Shown: piece by piece, positions 14,519-30,240 of the stretch
Layout: the number at the start of each line of letters is the position of its first letter
How positions within the stretch are numbered: the stretch's first letter is position 1
Assembly (NCBI GenBank): GCA_012295275.1
Contig: CM022674.1
Coordinates: 16,678,001 to 16,742,000, forward strand
Source: Chrysomallon squamiferum
Taxonomy: Eukaryota; Animalia; Mollusca
Direction: 5' to 3'
DNA: 64,000 nt
Notes under the pieces: model-generated
Databases searched by the model: none
Seen by the model: only the letters and a program-made list of their open reading frames with translations
Told to the model about the DNA's origin: nothing
Translations under genes and position numbers: made by a program

Positions 14519-15050
14519 AACAGGATTGAGAATTTGAGCATCTTCTGTTATAAATTGAAACTGTAATGACAATTCGACCATCATCGGTTTTGAACTAAAC
14601 CAGGATTGAGAATTTGAACATCTTCTGTTATAAATTGAAACGGTAATAAAGATTCCACCATCTTCTGTTTTGAACAAACAGTTTTAGGAACTTTTGTCTG
14701 TCTTCTGACTAAAGTTATATCTGCAATAACAAAAATGACCATTTTCGGTTTTGAATTAAAATTGTACTGAAAATTGCACCATCTCCTTTTCTGAACTAAA
14801 ATTATAATGGAAATTCGTTCATCTTCACCTTCGAACTCAAATTGTAATGAAAATTCCACCATATGCTGTTTTGATCTAAAACTGTGACGAAAATTCGAGT
14901 ATTTCTGTTTTGAAGTAAAACTGTATAGAAAATTTGAATATTTTCGGATGTGAATTAAAACTGTGATGACAATTCGAACAACTTCTGTTTTGAACTAAAA
15001 CTGTAATGAAAACTCTACAGTCGTCTTTTTTCAATTAAAACAGTTTTATT
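14479..15050 (+). repeat. 40-bp minisatellite derived from the last codons and stop of the FReD gene (about 14 copies)
   Basis: Unit aaactgtaatgaaaattcgtccatcttctgttttgaacta equals [13 protein letters not shown] and degrades distally. Confidence 0.85.
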
Positions 15051-15967
15051 AGTTGAAACCAGACAATAGTGCTAGCCTAAATTATTATCTTGAGAAATGA
15101 AATAAAAATAAAAAGAAACACTATTCCAATTTACAGGAATGTTTTGTTTAATCAAAATACTGAAAAAAATGCCATTAAAAAAAAAACTAGAAACAGAAAG
15201 AAAATATCTGAATTGTTTATTTATTTTAGAATTTATTTCATATAGATTTATAAACTACTAATTTTGAAACAATTGCTAAATGTAAATTTATAACCATTGT
15301 TAAATTTAGTTTTATAATTGTTTTCTTTGGAAAGAGTTGTTAAATTTAAATTTATGTAAGCAAATGTTGCTGAATTATTTTATTTTAATTCGTGTTCTGG
15401 ATAAAGATAAATTTATGATAATATAAAAACGAGAACTATTACTGGTATTTGAAACGTTCTGTTGATACCGGTAGATTACAAGGATCGATCCCAGCTTTAT
15501 CGAGTTTGTCTTTATCACATTCGTGTTTGTTAGTGCTGACTTTATATAAAACTTACAGTATGTGTTGTACAGTATCAAATTGCTTGTACAAGATACCTCA
15601 CTGCTGATATAAAAGTGTATTTTATGGAGGAAAAATTATTGAAACTTCAACCAGTGTTGACTGCAGATTTCAAAAAAAATTCGTGTTCTCTCTATAATAA
15701 AAGGAACACATTTTCATTCTTTATTTCAGTTTGTTTGTTTCTGTAGTCGTTTATTTATTTGTTGAATTTTTGTATTTATTTTTTTAAATTTGTGTCTGTT
15801 TTATTTAATTATTAATTTATTGATTTCAATATATATATAGACGTTTTCCTTAATCCCTTAGGATATTTGTAAAGGTTATTTAAAAAAAATGCATTTGTAA
15901 TGATATACAAATATATTAATACATACTTATGTACGCTTATATATATATATATATATATCTGTGCGTG

Positions 15968-16013
<46 letters not shown>

Positions 16014-16124
16014 TTGTGTATGTATTATAAGTATGTATGAATGGATATGCATGCGTGTGTGTGTAAATAAGTGGTATAAAATACAGTAGTTCCTTATCGC
16101 ATTGAGACTACTTATTTGTCCACC

Positions 16125-16365
16125 ATGGAGGTTCTTTTGGAAGTCCGCTTTAAGAGAGATTGTTTAAGAAGTATGAATTATGCAAGAGAGTCTACATAAC
16201 AAAGGAAGAGTACTTCTTGATTATGGACCAGCTAAAGAAGATCTCTGTTGACCACAGGAAAAACCCACCACGAGTACTTACTACCTCATGTCCACGTTTG
16301 AAATTCTTCAGTGCGCAGACACGCAGAAACTGAGCAAGAAACGCCAAACAGATGAAGACGCCAGG
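16125..16365 (+). mobile_element. Probable Ginger2/KRBA2(SCAND3)-like integrase N-terminal relic
   Basis: Frameshifted translation YITKEEYFLIMDQLK..K..HEY/YYLMSTFEILQCADTQKLSKKR resembles the N-terminus of invertebrate KRBA2-like integrases. This is from recall, and the catalytic part is not visible before the gap. Confidence 0.45.
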
Positions 16366-16426
16366 TCTGACCAGCTGCGGTCGCACTCCGAGGATGACCA
16401 GTTGACGCCAAAAGTAGAGTTCCTGT

Positions 16427-16626
16427 NNNNNNNNNNNNNNNNNNNNNNNNNNNNNNNNNNNNNNNNNNNNNNNNNNNNNNNNNNNNNNNNNNNNNNNNNN
16501 NNNNNNNNNNNNNNNNNNNNNNNNNNNNNNNNNNNNNNNNNNNNNNNNNNNNNNNNNNNNNNNNNNNNNNNNNNNNNNNNNNNNNNNNNNNNNNNNNNNN
16601 NNNNNNNNNNNNNNNNNNNNNNNNNN
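16427..16626. other. Assembly gap (200 N)
   Basis: Run of N. Confidence 1.
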
Positions 16627-17012
16627 CAAATAAATAGATAAATAAATAAATAAATAAATAAATAAGTACATTCGAGATACACTGACTTTTAACAGGATTA
16701 ATTATGTCTTTTTTTTTTTTTTTTTTTTAAATCTTATTATTTTTATTTTTTTTTCAATTTGTTTTATTGTTTTGTTTATGACCTCCATCTCCTGTTCTGG
16801 TCGTATCGTTATTCTCTCTTTCATTCAATACTTTCTCTTCCTATCTCTCTCTCTCTATCTCACAAAGGTGTTTCATCATCTCTTCGTATTTAGTATCAGT
16901 AATTATTTATTTATTTAGGTGGTTAGGTAGTTAGAAACATAGATAGATGTCCTGCTGTTGGCTCGTAAATTTGAATGAATTGTAAAAGTCAAAAGAGAAG
17001 GAAAATGGGTAC

Positions 17013-19247
<2,235 letters not shown>

Positions 19248-19884
19248 CTTCTTCTTGTCTCTCGTGATAAAGGTTCCCTTGTTACATTTAAAACTTCTTT
19301 TTTCCGATATACATACCTGGCCTACTTCTTTAGAGAGCAGAAATAAAATATTGGTAATAAAGATTAAAAATATAACTGATTTTCTAATCAGTGTATTTAA
19401 TTAACTGTTACCGTCCGTTTCAAAGGCGGATCAATTGTTCTAGAACTGGCGAAGTTTCAGTTGAAATAAAACAAATTCAGGGTGTTTGCTCAAGTAGAAA
19501 ATGCTGGGCAATATTTTATAAGCAAATAAACAAAGATAGATTCTGGTTACCGCCCATTCTGAATTACATTTGGATGAACAAAACCACGTTGTGTGTAGCA
19601 GACTATATCTATCAGCTAATATAAACTAGTATGCTCAGCTCCTGAATACCTGACATACTTTTCCTATCTGCTGGTTGTCAGTTTCGCCTTCCCCGTCCAT
19701 CATACTTGTTTCATGTCCACATCGATTACAGGAATTACAGAAATACACAATTCATGCTTGACCTGCTACACTTCTTTGTGAATTCTTTGTCGATCGGAGC
19801 GGTTGAGATCACATAATATATTGTTTACTCGTATGAAGTCCAAAAAGTTAAAACTGTATTTGGTAAAGGACGTCATTGTTTGCA

Positions 19885-21715
19885 CCGTGATATAGGGTTA
19901 GGGTTAGAGTTAGAGTTAGGATTTTTTAATTTTATTATAAATGTTATGCTAAACTGCAAAATAATTTGAGTGTCACGACTGTAAGTAGCGTTAGGGTAAG
20001 ATTTAAAGTTGGGGACCTCGGTAGGATTAGGTTTAGAAGTTGAGCTAAGGATAAAGTTAGGGTTAGGGTTAAGGTTAGGTTTAAGGTTAGGGTTAGGATT
20101 AGGGACAGACGAAGGGTTATTGTAATTTTATTATGAGTGTTGTGATAATGTGCAAAGTAATATCAGAGTCACCACTCAAAGTAGACTTAGAGTAAAAATT
20201 AATATTGAGGACGTTGGTAGGATTAGGTTTACAACTTCACCTAGGATTAGTGTTAGGGTTAGAGTTAGAGCTGGAGTCATTTAAATTCTATTTTTAGTGT
20301 TATAATAATGTCGAAAATAAACTGAGGGTAACGATTTGAATTAGAGTCAGCGTAAGAATTAATGTTCCCAACCTCCATAGGATTAGGTTTGGATGTTAAG
20401 ATACGGTTAGGGTTAGGGTTAGAGCTAGGATCATTTAAATTTGATCATTAGTTTTATGATAATATGCAAAATAATTTGGGGTCACGTTAGGGTCAGGGTT
20501 AGGGTTAGGGTTAGAGCTAGGATCATTTAAATTTTATCCTTAGTGTTAATGCAAAATGATTTGGGGTCACGCTTGGAAGTAGCGTAAGGGTAAGAAATAA
20601 TGTTGCGAACCTCCGTACTATTTCTTTAGAAATTGAGCTAGCGTTAAGGTTAGGGTTAGGGTTAGTGTTAGTGTTAGTGCTACGGTTATTTTTAGTTTTA
20701 TCATTAACGTTATGATAATGTGAAAAATAATTTCTGGGTCACGATTGGAAGTAGCGTAAGGCTAACAATAAAAGATGCGGACCTCCGTAGGATTGAGCTT
20801 TGAAACTGAGACGCGGTTAAGTGTAGGGTTATTCAAATTTTATCACTTGTGTAATGATAATGTCAAAAATAATTTGTGCTTCACGATTGGAATTAGCGTA
20901 AGGGTAAGAATTAATATTCCGAACCTCCGTAGCATTAGTTTCGGTAGTTAAGCTAGGGTTAGGGTTAGGATTAGGGTTAGAGGTAGTTTTATTTAAACTG
21001 TATCATTAGTGTTATGACAATGTGCAGGATAATTTGTGGGATAGGATTGGAAGTATCGTACGAATTAATGTTGCGGACCTCCGTAGGTTTAGGTTTGAGC
21101 TAGGGTTAAGGTTAAGGTTAAGGTTAGGGATATATTTAGGGTTAGGGTTAGAGCTAGGATTATTAAAACTGTATCATTAATCATCTAATAATGTACAAAC
21201 TAATTTGAGGTCACGATTCGAATTAGCGTAAGGGTAAGAATTAATGTGGCGGAATTCCGTAGGTTTAAGTTTAGAAATTGAGATAGGGTTAAGGTTAGGG
21301 TTAGGGTTTGGATAAGGGTTAGGGTTAGGGTTAGGGTTTGGATAAGGGTTAGGGTTAGGGTTAGGGCTAAACCTAGGGTTGTTTAAATTGTATCACTAGT
21401 GTTAGGATCATGTGCAACATAATGTGTGAGTCACGTGGAAGTAGCGAAAGGGTAAGAATTCATGTTCCGGACCTGCGTTGGATTAGGTTTAGAAGTTGAG
21501 CTACGTTTATGGTTGGGGTTAGGCTTAGTGTTAGTGTTAGGGTTAGAGCTTGGATGATTAAAATATTATCATTAGTGATCTTATAATGTGCAAAATAATT
21601 TGGGGGTCACGATTGGAGTTAGCGTAAGGGAAAAAACTCATGTTGCGAATTTCCAGGGGATTAAGTTTAGAAATTGAGCTAGGTTAAAGATTAGTGTTAA
21701 GGTTAGGGATACAGC
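19885..21715 (+). repeat. Complex satellite, about 11 units of roughly 140-220 bp, each containing (TTAGGG)n-like runs
   Basis: Core ggtcacgattggaagtagcgtaagggtaagaattaatgt recurs near 19972, 20168, 20328, 20481, 20566, 20738, 20881, 21040, 21210, 21430 and 21606, separated by ttagggttaggg tracts. Reduced to ~1.5 units at 8985-9190. Confidence 0.85.
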
Positions 21716-21908
21716 ATTTGCCACCATTTTGTTTTCTGTTTCTGTTATTTCTTTAATTTTTAATTTATTTTTTTTAGAAAATAGCAAAATAATTCTGTTT
21801 CTAAAATCTACATTTTACATCTTTTATTTCAAACTAAATTAATTCCACCCTTACCTGATGTACCCATTTTTACACACGAGTCTCAAAAATATAGAAAACA
21901 GTGACTGT

Positions 21909-21962
<54 letters not shown>

Positions 21963-23035
21963 CTACTACTATTATTAGTACTAGTATTAGTATTAGTATT
22001 ACTATTAGTATTAGTATTATGGAGTGTTAACCGGCTTATTTACCTACTGAAATCCTAGCCCTTCAGCCGAACACGGACATTCTGGTTATTAATATTTTTG
22101 ATAGTGTAGGATGATCAATGTGGGTCTTTAACATAAAGTATTAATAGTTTTAAAAAAGGCTACGTAAAAAATAATACAGATAAAAACACAGATAAATAAA
22201 TGCAAATAACTGAAACTACTTTGTGTTACTTGTAAGTACATAAATTACACGACATTTACTTGTATAGTTAAAATATAGATCATATGTATTCGGCCACAAT
22301 TGCTTAATTATATCGTTTATTCCAATAGAGCCTATATTTCCCACTTGGTATAGTGCTGTATAATTTTAAAAATAAAACAACTAAAGCAAAGTTATGGAAT
22401 ATATAAAAGGAAAAATAGCCAAGCGATATGATTTGTTTTATTTAAACTCGATTGTGATTGTGTTATAGATTTAAAGACAAATTTAATACAAATTACCCGA
22501 TTTATATATATATATATATTTTTTTTAATACAGATAATATTTGTTATTATCATTGTTATTATTTGTATTATCATCATTATTATTTGTCAGTATTCTTGTA
22601 CTAATAATTGTGAACTCATTAAGAACGAGAACTTTGCTATTTCACCAAATATGACTGTGAGACTTACCTCCCTTATACGATGTTGAAGCCCTTAAACGCA
22701 GTAGCTTGATAAAAAAAGAACCACAAAGTTTCAGATATCGAAACCGGCTGCTTGAAGGTGTTCCCCATTGCTGATAAATGAACACATTATTAATCAATTA
22801 ATGTATTAAGAATACTTCAGAAAACTTCTTTGTTTTATGATTTTATTGACAATACTCTCCTATACAGATCAAGTACTGTAATTAAATAAACAGTGAGCGA
22901 ATAACAAGATTGGATGAAAGAAAGGAGAAAAAGACAAATATAAAACGACATTATAAACATTTTAAATTAATGAAATGTCAGACATCATTTTCTTTCTTAA
23001 TTATTGGTTTTATCATTGTTGTGTTGTTGTTGTTG

Positions 23036-23067
<32 letters not shown>

Positions 23068-23148
23068 CCTATCCATCCTTTTATTACCATCATCGTAATT
23101 ATTTTTCAGTACTGATTATGATTATGATTATGATTAAGATTATTATTA

Positions 23149-23217
<69 letters not shown>

Positions 23218-23389
23218 GTAGTAGTACTAGTAGTAGTAGTAGTAGTTACAAAGATGTTTCAGTATTTTCAACTGATCTATGTAATATACTTTTCTGACAT
23301 AATTAACGCGCCAAGTGTATTTTTGAACTGTACATTCATTTGCTATATGGTATCTTCTGTAAACAATCAAACAAACAAACAAAAACAAA

Positions 23390-23420
<31 letters not shown>

Positions 23421-23682
23421 ATCTAACGAATGATGTACAATTGTTTTCGTGTGTCCGTGTGCAAGCGCAAATGCCAAGAGCGGAAATTAGGACTCGTTTG
23501 CCATGATTTGGAACCTTACTCTCCGGAAGAATTCGTCGCAATAACAGATAATAGTCGTCAACAACAAAACAAAGCAGAAACTTGTAACAGATCAGGTGAA
23601 CTGTTCTTCTGATTTATTATGCTGACTAATCTCACCAGACGATAAAATCACGGTAAGAAAAATCTGCCCTGTTAAAGGCATA

Positions 23683-23724
<42 letters not shown>

Positions 23725-24429
23725 TTGCACTGGCACGGAAGAAATCGCTCATACATACATTTATAACTTAGCTTTTATTGGTTAATGTTTATTTATTTAT
23801 TTACTTACATATATATACTTACTTATTTTTGTTTACTTATTTTTTTTTTATTTATTAATTTATTTATTTATTTATTTATTTATTTATTTGTTAGATACTT
23901 TGTTTGTTTCTTTGTTTATTATAATTATTGTTAATATTAGTATTATTATTATTTCCTTTTTCTCTTTTTTAAGCAAGTAGCAAAATTATTTTATACTTAT
24001 TATTTTTTAAATATCGATTGTCTATTTTATATTTATAATGCTATTTTCAGGGATTTAAACATGTACAAGAAAGAGGTAGAATGCTTGGCAGCTACAATTT
24101 TACAAATAGTACACAAACTTACCAAAATTTTGATAATTCAGTATTAAATGTATTTAAAAAAATAGAAAACCTGTCAATGTTACATTTAATGATGAAAATA
24201 CCACAACTGGTGAAGATTTAAGAGAAATCACTGATTGACTGTTATATTTTATTTCAGAAGTATATCTCACTTTCAGAAATTTGCTGATACTGACGTCTTC
24301 AAAACCAATGGGTGGTATTACCAAGATGATCTTCCAGAACAGGAACAATTTGACAGGAAAGTCGCAGCAGATACAATAGAAGATTTAGAAGAGAAACCAC
24401 CTGATTTGAAAGTAAAACTAGATCTAAAA

Positions 24430-24765
24430 CAGGTTTCAAGGCAAAAACAACTTGATGTCAAACTGAAAACTATTCCGTCTCAAAAACAGTAGGAACAGAT
24501 TGATGTGATGAGGAAAGCTTATCCAGTAAAAGATGCACAGAAGAAAAAACTTGGCCTGAAAGTTACAGCAGATCGAGCACGAATTTCACAGCAAGAACAA
24601 CTACATGTAAAAGTGAAAGCAAATCGACCTCAAGTTTCACAGCAGAAACAACTTGATGTAAAAGTGAAAGCAGATCCAGCTCAACTTTCACAGCATAAAC
24701 AACTTGATGTTAAAGTGAAATTACATCCAGTACAAGTTTCACAGCAGAAACAACTTAATGTGAAA
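24430..24765 (+). repeat. Coding 51-bp (17-aa) repeat QVSQQKQLDVKVKADPx, about 6-7 copies
   Basis: caagtttcacagcagaaaca-type starts at 24631, 24682 and 24733. Confidence 0.8.
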
Positions 24766-25847
24766 CAACCAGAAGAGATAAATGAATATGGAAAACAAGT
24801 ATAAGTTTTAATAACAGTGACATATCAGAATGTAGTTTTACTTTTGTTTCAGAGTACATCCTTCAGAAGGTATTAACCACAAGTTCAGTCCTCCTTGGAT
24901 CCAGGGTCCTAAGTTTTTATCTTTTTGAAAAAGTATGTATTAAAAATAATTTGAAAAATAATAGTTCATTAAGACATCTCAGAAGATTTCCTCTCTTGTT
25001 TTAAGTATCCTCTTTTACTATTTTTATTACTTAATACTACACAACAATATGTAAACATGTTATGTGTTAATCGTATTGCAATTGTACTATTACTTTTTTG
25101 TGCAACTAATTAAAATTTACTACATCTATATCTATAATGTATATTCGTATATACAGACAGACATACACACTTTTTTTTTTTCAGTTTTCAAAGAATTTCT
25201 CTATTGCATTTGCCAGTAACTTTATTCCAATTGTTGTTGATTTTCACTTAATGAGAAGTTTAGTTTGTTTCGAACTGGGAGTGGTTGATGTCATAGTTTA
25301 GCGTCTCTCAACAGCATCGTATGTCACTGCACAAGAAGACAACTTCACACAGCTCACACAGTGGTGTTGGTATTTTGAGGCAGACTCTGGAAATTGGTTG
25401 TCTTATAAGCCAGTGAATACTAATTTTATTTTGTTGATGAACTACTTTTTTATTTTTTATTCTTATTTATTTTATTTTATCTTTCATTTTGTTTAATTTA
25501 TTTATTCATTTACTTATTGTCTTACTTTAAGTTTAGTTTAAAAACGATAAAGAACTTTATACGTAAGAAAGATAAATAATATTTAAAGAAATGAAAATTT
25601 AGAAAACCACAAGTTAGAACGAAGAAAGAAAGAGATGTTTAAAATGTTAATGTTAATACCTATAACATTGTGTTTATAATATATTAATAGTTATCAAATA
25701 AAAATAATCTGTTGTATCACATATCACATTCATACATAGTCAAAGAATATCACATCATGTCACACAACTGACGTTACTTTACATATAACATATATCATAC
25801 CCATATCATATGTTATTATATAAAACAGCATATTGTTTTTGTTATAG

Positions 25848-26041
25848 AAAAGTCTGCAGTATACTCTTGAACTGAAGTACTTGGCTGGGCAGCCATTTTA
25901 TAATTTTGAAACTGACACGTTTCAGTATGAAATACATTTTAGCCAGATGATCCAAACACATCTGGAAACATTAAAACAAAGACGACTGTTGAGGAGACCT
26001 GCTTTTGTTTCCAGTGATGATGTACAGAGGCAAACAAAAGT
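25848..26041 (+). CDS. WWE-domain exon of the PARP-like gene
   Basis: ttatag|KSLQYTLELKYLAGQPFYNFETDTFQYEIHFSQMIQTHLETLKQRRLLRRPAFVSSDDV matches the WWE C-terminal half (LE..Y, Y.I.F..M.Q, RRP.FVS). Missed by the ORF track. Confidence 0.85.
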
Positions 26042-26201
26042 GTAAATAGAAAAATATTGTACAAGTACAATAACTTTCGATTAAGATATTTTGTACCTCA
26101 CTTTCACTTATTTTAAATGTTTTTCTTTCTTAACGTTTTCAAAACTTGTCTGTCGTTATCGTATATCTTAATATCCGACTTCATTTTTGTTTTAACTTTT
26201 T

Positions 26202-26336
<135 letters not shown>

Positions 26337-26367
26337 ACTTATTTTTATTATACAATAAAATTGAGAG

Positions 26368-26605
26368 TTCATCGATGTCTTTCGTTCAAGAAGTTTCCAC
26401 GTTCACCAACTATCCCAGACAACTGGTTCCCTCTAGACTGTTACCAACCAGTAGAACTGGTGAAACTAAAATTTGATGACTTCACCGAAGTCGAGGAGGT
26501 GAAAACTGTGATGAAATTATTTTTCTCTACCATGAACAAATCGGAAGTCAAATTGAAATCTTTGTTTCGCATTCAGAATCTACGCATGTGGGAAAGGTAC
26601 TGTAG
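26368..26605 (+). CDS. PARP catalytic domain N-terminal exon
   Basis: IPDNW..V..LFFSTMNK..LFRIQNLRMWERYC followed by a gtaag donor at 26606. The acceptor position is approximate. Confidence 0.85.
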
Positions 26606-27244
26606 GTAAGAGTACACATTTTATGACACTGTTTACATACAATTAAATAGCCTAAATATATTATGTATACTTCAAGATATGTTTTATTTATTTATTTATC
26701 ATCATCTTTATCAACATATTTTTTTATCCAATCTTAGTTCATAAATAATTTATTATATATGATTTGTACTGCCTCCTAAATAAAACAGTAATCAGTATGT
26801 ACTAATTAAATAAATAATCAATGATAGATATTAATTAGTATGTTCTCATTAAATAATAAATTAGTGATAGATATTTTATCAGTGTGTAGTGATTAAATAT
26901 ATAATCAGTGATAGACGCTTAATCAGTACGCACTCTTTAAATAAATAATCAATCATATATATTTAATTAATATTTTCTAAAGCTAATTAAATAAATGATT
27001 GATTTACAATTGTAAAGGGAAGATATATGATATATTTCAGGAGTGTTGGAAACTAACAATTGATTTTCAACAGCCAGCAACAGAAGATTAATCAATTTGT
27101 TTAAAAATATATATATTTTAAATAAGTGATTGGTACTAAAAAATGTACTGTATCTGTAGTTTTATGAAAGAAATAGTTCATCTCCAAATAGTTGAGAAGT
27201 AAGCAATAATATTTGTAATTATTATGAGTTTTTCTCTTTTGCAG

Positions 27245-28247
27245 TATGAGAAATGCAATGTCGATGAACAGGGATGATGAAGGAGATATTAACGAATTAT
27301 TTCTCTTTCATGGAACTAGTGATGACGTCAGTATCATACATGGAATCTGCCACAACAACATCGATTTCAGACTGAACGAGAAACATGGAACATTGTACGG
27401 AAAGGGAGCTTATTTTGCCCGGGATTCCAAACACAGCCACAGATACAGCACAGGATCACATTGCTTCATGTTCATTTCAAAGGTTCTTGTAGGCCAGTAT
27501 GCTAAAGGTGAAAGTTCATGTCGGCCTCCTTCTAAGAAAGGACATGTTCTTTATGATTCTTGTGTCGATGATGTAAAGAATCCATCAATTTTTGTAATCT
27601 TTGACACTTCCCAGAGTTACCCAGTGTTTCTACTTGAATATTCTGTGGAGACCAGACGAGAATTGCCTTCTTCAAGCTCCTCAGTACCTGTTTCACAGGC
27701 GATTACTCCTACCAGAAATTCTCAAATGCACACTTCAGTTAGCAGTACAACCAATACTTCCAACACAAAACCAAGATTTCACAGTTCTACTTCTACTGCC
27801 AATACTTCCAACACAACACCAGTATTTCACAGTTCTACTTCTACAGCCAATACTTCTAACACAACACCAAAAATTCACAGTTCTACTTCTACAGCCAATA
27901 CTTCCAACACAACACCAGTATTTCACACTTCTACTTCTACAGCCAATACTTCCAACACAACACTAAGATTACACAATTCTACTTCTACAGCCAATACTTC
28001 CAACATTACAACAAGATTTCACAGTTCTACGTCTACAGCTAATACTTTCAACACTACACCAATAATTCACACATATACTTCTACAGCCAATACATCTAGC
28101 ACAACACCAAGATTTCACAGTTCTACTTCTACATTAAATACTTCCAACACTTCACCAAGTTCAACTTCCAATGATACTGCTAACGCATCATACCTATGTG
28201 CGATTCTGTTGTATTTTGAAACACATTTATATCTCTTGGAATTATAA
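27245..28247 (+). CDS. PARP catalytic (ADP-ribosyltransferase) last exon with Ser/Thr-rich repeat tail
   Basis: LFHGT, YGKGAYFA, VLVG, LYDSCVD..NPSIFVIFD..QSYP.FLLEY. H-Y-I triad. ttttgcag acceptor at 27244. Confidence 0.92.
27735..28150 (+). repeat. Coding 48-bp (16-aa) repeat FHSSTSTANTSNTTPx, about 8-9 copies
   Basis: acagttctac at 27781, 27829 and onward; in frame within ORF 27246-28247. Confidence 0.9.
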
Positions 28248-28684
28248 TTTGTATTCATTTTTTATTTTCGTTTTTTTGCATTAAGTTTCTTCGTAAACAA
28301 TCTCGTTTTACTTGTTTTTCTTCTATGCACTGTAGATTTTTATGAATACTTTGTTAACGTTTTCGTTATTTAAGGCGAGAACATCTTAACACACGTGAAC
28401 ACTGGAAACTTGCCGAGGGGTCACACTAGTATGTTGTGACTTACAGTAAATAAATACCTATACAGCTACACTATACCATTCTATACTATACTATACTATG
28501 CTATACTAAACCATATCATATAATACTATACTATACTATACTATAATATAATATAATATAATATACTTTTATATAACGTAATATAATATATTATGCTGTG
28601 AAGATTTGTTTTTGGAAAATGCATATTATCATCTGTTTCACTAAAGATAATAAACATTATTAAAGTTATGTTTGATGATAAGAA

Positions 28685-29330
28685 GTGGACACTGTGTAGG
28701 TATGCGGCCCAATGAACAGTTTTTTCCACAGGGCTATAATGCAGTTAAGATGGCCTTGTTTATTTTGTTAGTTGCTGGGAAGAGTTTGTTTGGTTTCGGT
28801 CAACCAAAATTTTAAGAAGAAGAAAAAAAGTTATTTTTCTATTTCATATTTCATGCGCACATACCAATGTATCTATTCTCAAACTGATCAGTTGTTGACT
28901 ACCACTTCTGCCAACTCCACAAGTGCAGGATGTGTGGTTTGAAGCCATGGATAACGGACCTGATGTTCCACAGGCAGACATTAAATGAGTATGTGGTGTC
29001 TACATGGGTACACGATGATGCCAGATTTCCTTTGATTTTGTGGAACCACTGGCCCCTGAACAAAAAATGATGCGGAGATTTTTCATTTCAGAATCAGCTT
29101 CACCTTCCGAATATATAAAGATTTGTAGAATTGATAAAAAGGAGTAGAAACATCAGAACCTGCTAAACTGAGGCAGACAAACTAAGGATCTGCCCCACCA
29201 TGAAGGGAGTTTATAAACAGACAGAACATAGATCAGTGAGACTGAAACCACAGCTAATCCTTGGCCGGGAGGTTATGGTCTGTTCCACTAAACACGGGTA
29301 TACGATGCAGTAATAATCACATTATAATTT
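28685..29330 (+). mobile_element. Mutator-like (MULE) transposase relic, C-terminal part
   Basis: Degenerate frames give LPLLPTPQVQDVWFEAMDNGPDV / NEYVVSTWVHDDARFPLILWNH / PNI*RFVELIK, matching the MULE C-terminal DY..TW...FP..LWN..RTNN..E..H..PNI pattern. Confidence 0.7.
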
Positions 29331-29476
29331 CCTGATCTAATCTTAACACTTGATCGCAACTAACATGAAAACTGTTCAAATGTACACTTGTATCAGGATA
29401 GCACATATACATTCTTGTTTATGCGATTGAGTACTGTTAAAACAAATATATATATATATATATATATATTCATTTC

Positions 29477-29660
29477 GAATTCATGTCGCAGGCGTACTTC
29501 AGTGCATCAGGGACATAGGTTCAGGATCAAGAATAGTAAAAGTGATACTGTTCATTGTAAGTGTTGCAAAGTCGGTTGTCCATTTACTATTAATACCTCG
29601 AGAGATTTAATTACGAGCTACCGAAATCTTCACAACCATGAACGCGACAGATGTGATAAA
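29477..29660 (+). mobile_element. FLYWCH zinc-finger relic of a Mutator-like element
   Basis: VHQGHRFRIKNSKSDTVHCKCCKVGCPFTINT...NLHNH (C..C...HxH). Confidence 0.65.
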
Positions 29661-30049
29661 ATGAATACATTTTATGAATAACTATAATTTTATCTATGTG
29701 AATGTTATGAATGTCCAATTATTTATAGATGTAATAAAGTGAGCAAATGTTATGAATCACTATACTTTTAACTATGCTGTAAAATAAACGATGAAGTAAT
29801 TTAACGATTTGTTCAGGTTATTTATTGAAACAGACTATTCCATAATCGCTTATTGTACTAGGGGTTAGCTTCAGTAATTTCTATGCAAGAACAATAGCGT
29901 TCTGTATGCGGAGGCACACCGTATTATTCAAGGTAGACGGCATATTATTAGTAATGCGCTCAACCTTGTCTTGTATTGTTTAATGCGTCCGCGTTATGGG
30001 ACCTCAGTCTTTTGGGAGGGCACCCACAGATTCACGAGTCAGTATGAGA

Positions 30050-30240
30050 CAAAGAATTACATTACACAGGTGTGTGCGTCAGTAGTATATACAAAGAATT
30101 ATATTACATGGGTGTTTGGGTCAGTAGGCTATATAAGTGAATACATTACAGGGTACAAAGGTCAATACGATTTACAAACGGATTATATTACAGTGGTATA
30201 TGGGTCGGTAGGGTTGACAAATATTTATATTACAGCGTTG
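30050..30240. repeat. About 42-bp degenerate tandem repeat x5 (mirror at ~4215-4405), possibly transposon subterminal repeats
   Basis: caaagaattacattacacaggtgtgtgcgtcagtag / caaagaattatattacatgggtgtttgggtcagtag and further units. Confidence 0.6.

Noticed and set aside
14479-15050. CRISPR-like 40-bp periodicity (also the 70-bp array at 11965)
   Set aside because: Head-to-tail tandem units with no unique spacers, no cas genes and a eukaryotic context.
19885-21715. True telomere or chromosome-fusion site
   Set aside because: TTAGGG runs are short and embedded in a longer unit, with no head-to-head pure arrays.
23430-23652. Possible Cys/His-containing first exon of the PARP gene (mirror ~7046-7270)
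   Set aside because: Has a gtaag donor but frames are broken and no clear CCCH motif is visible; cannot assign.
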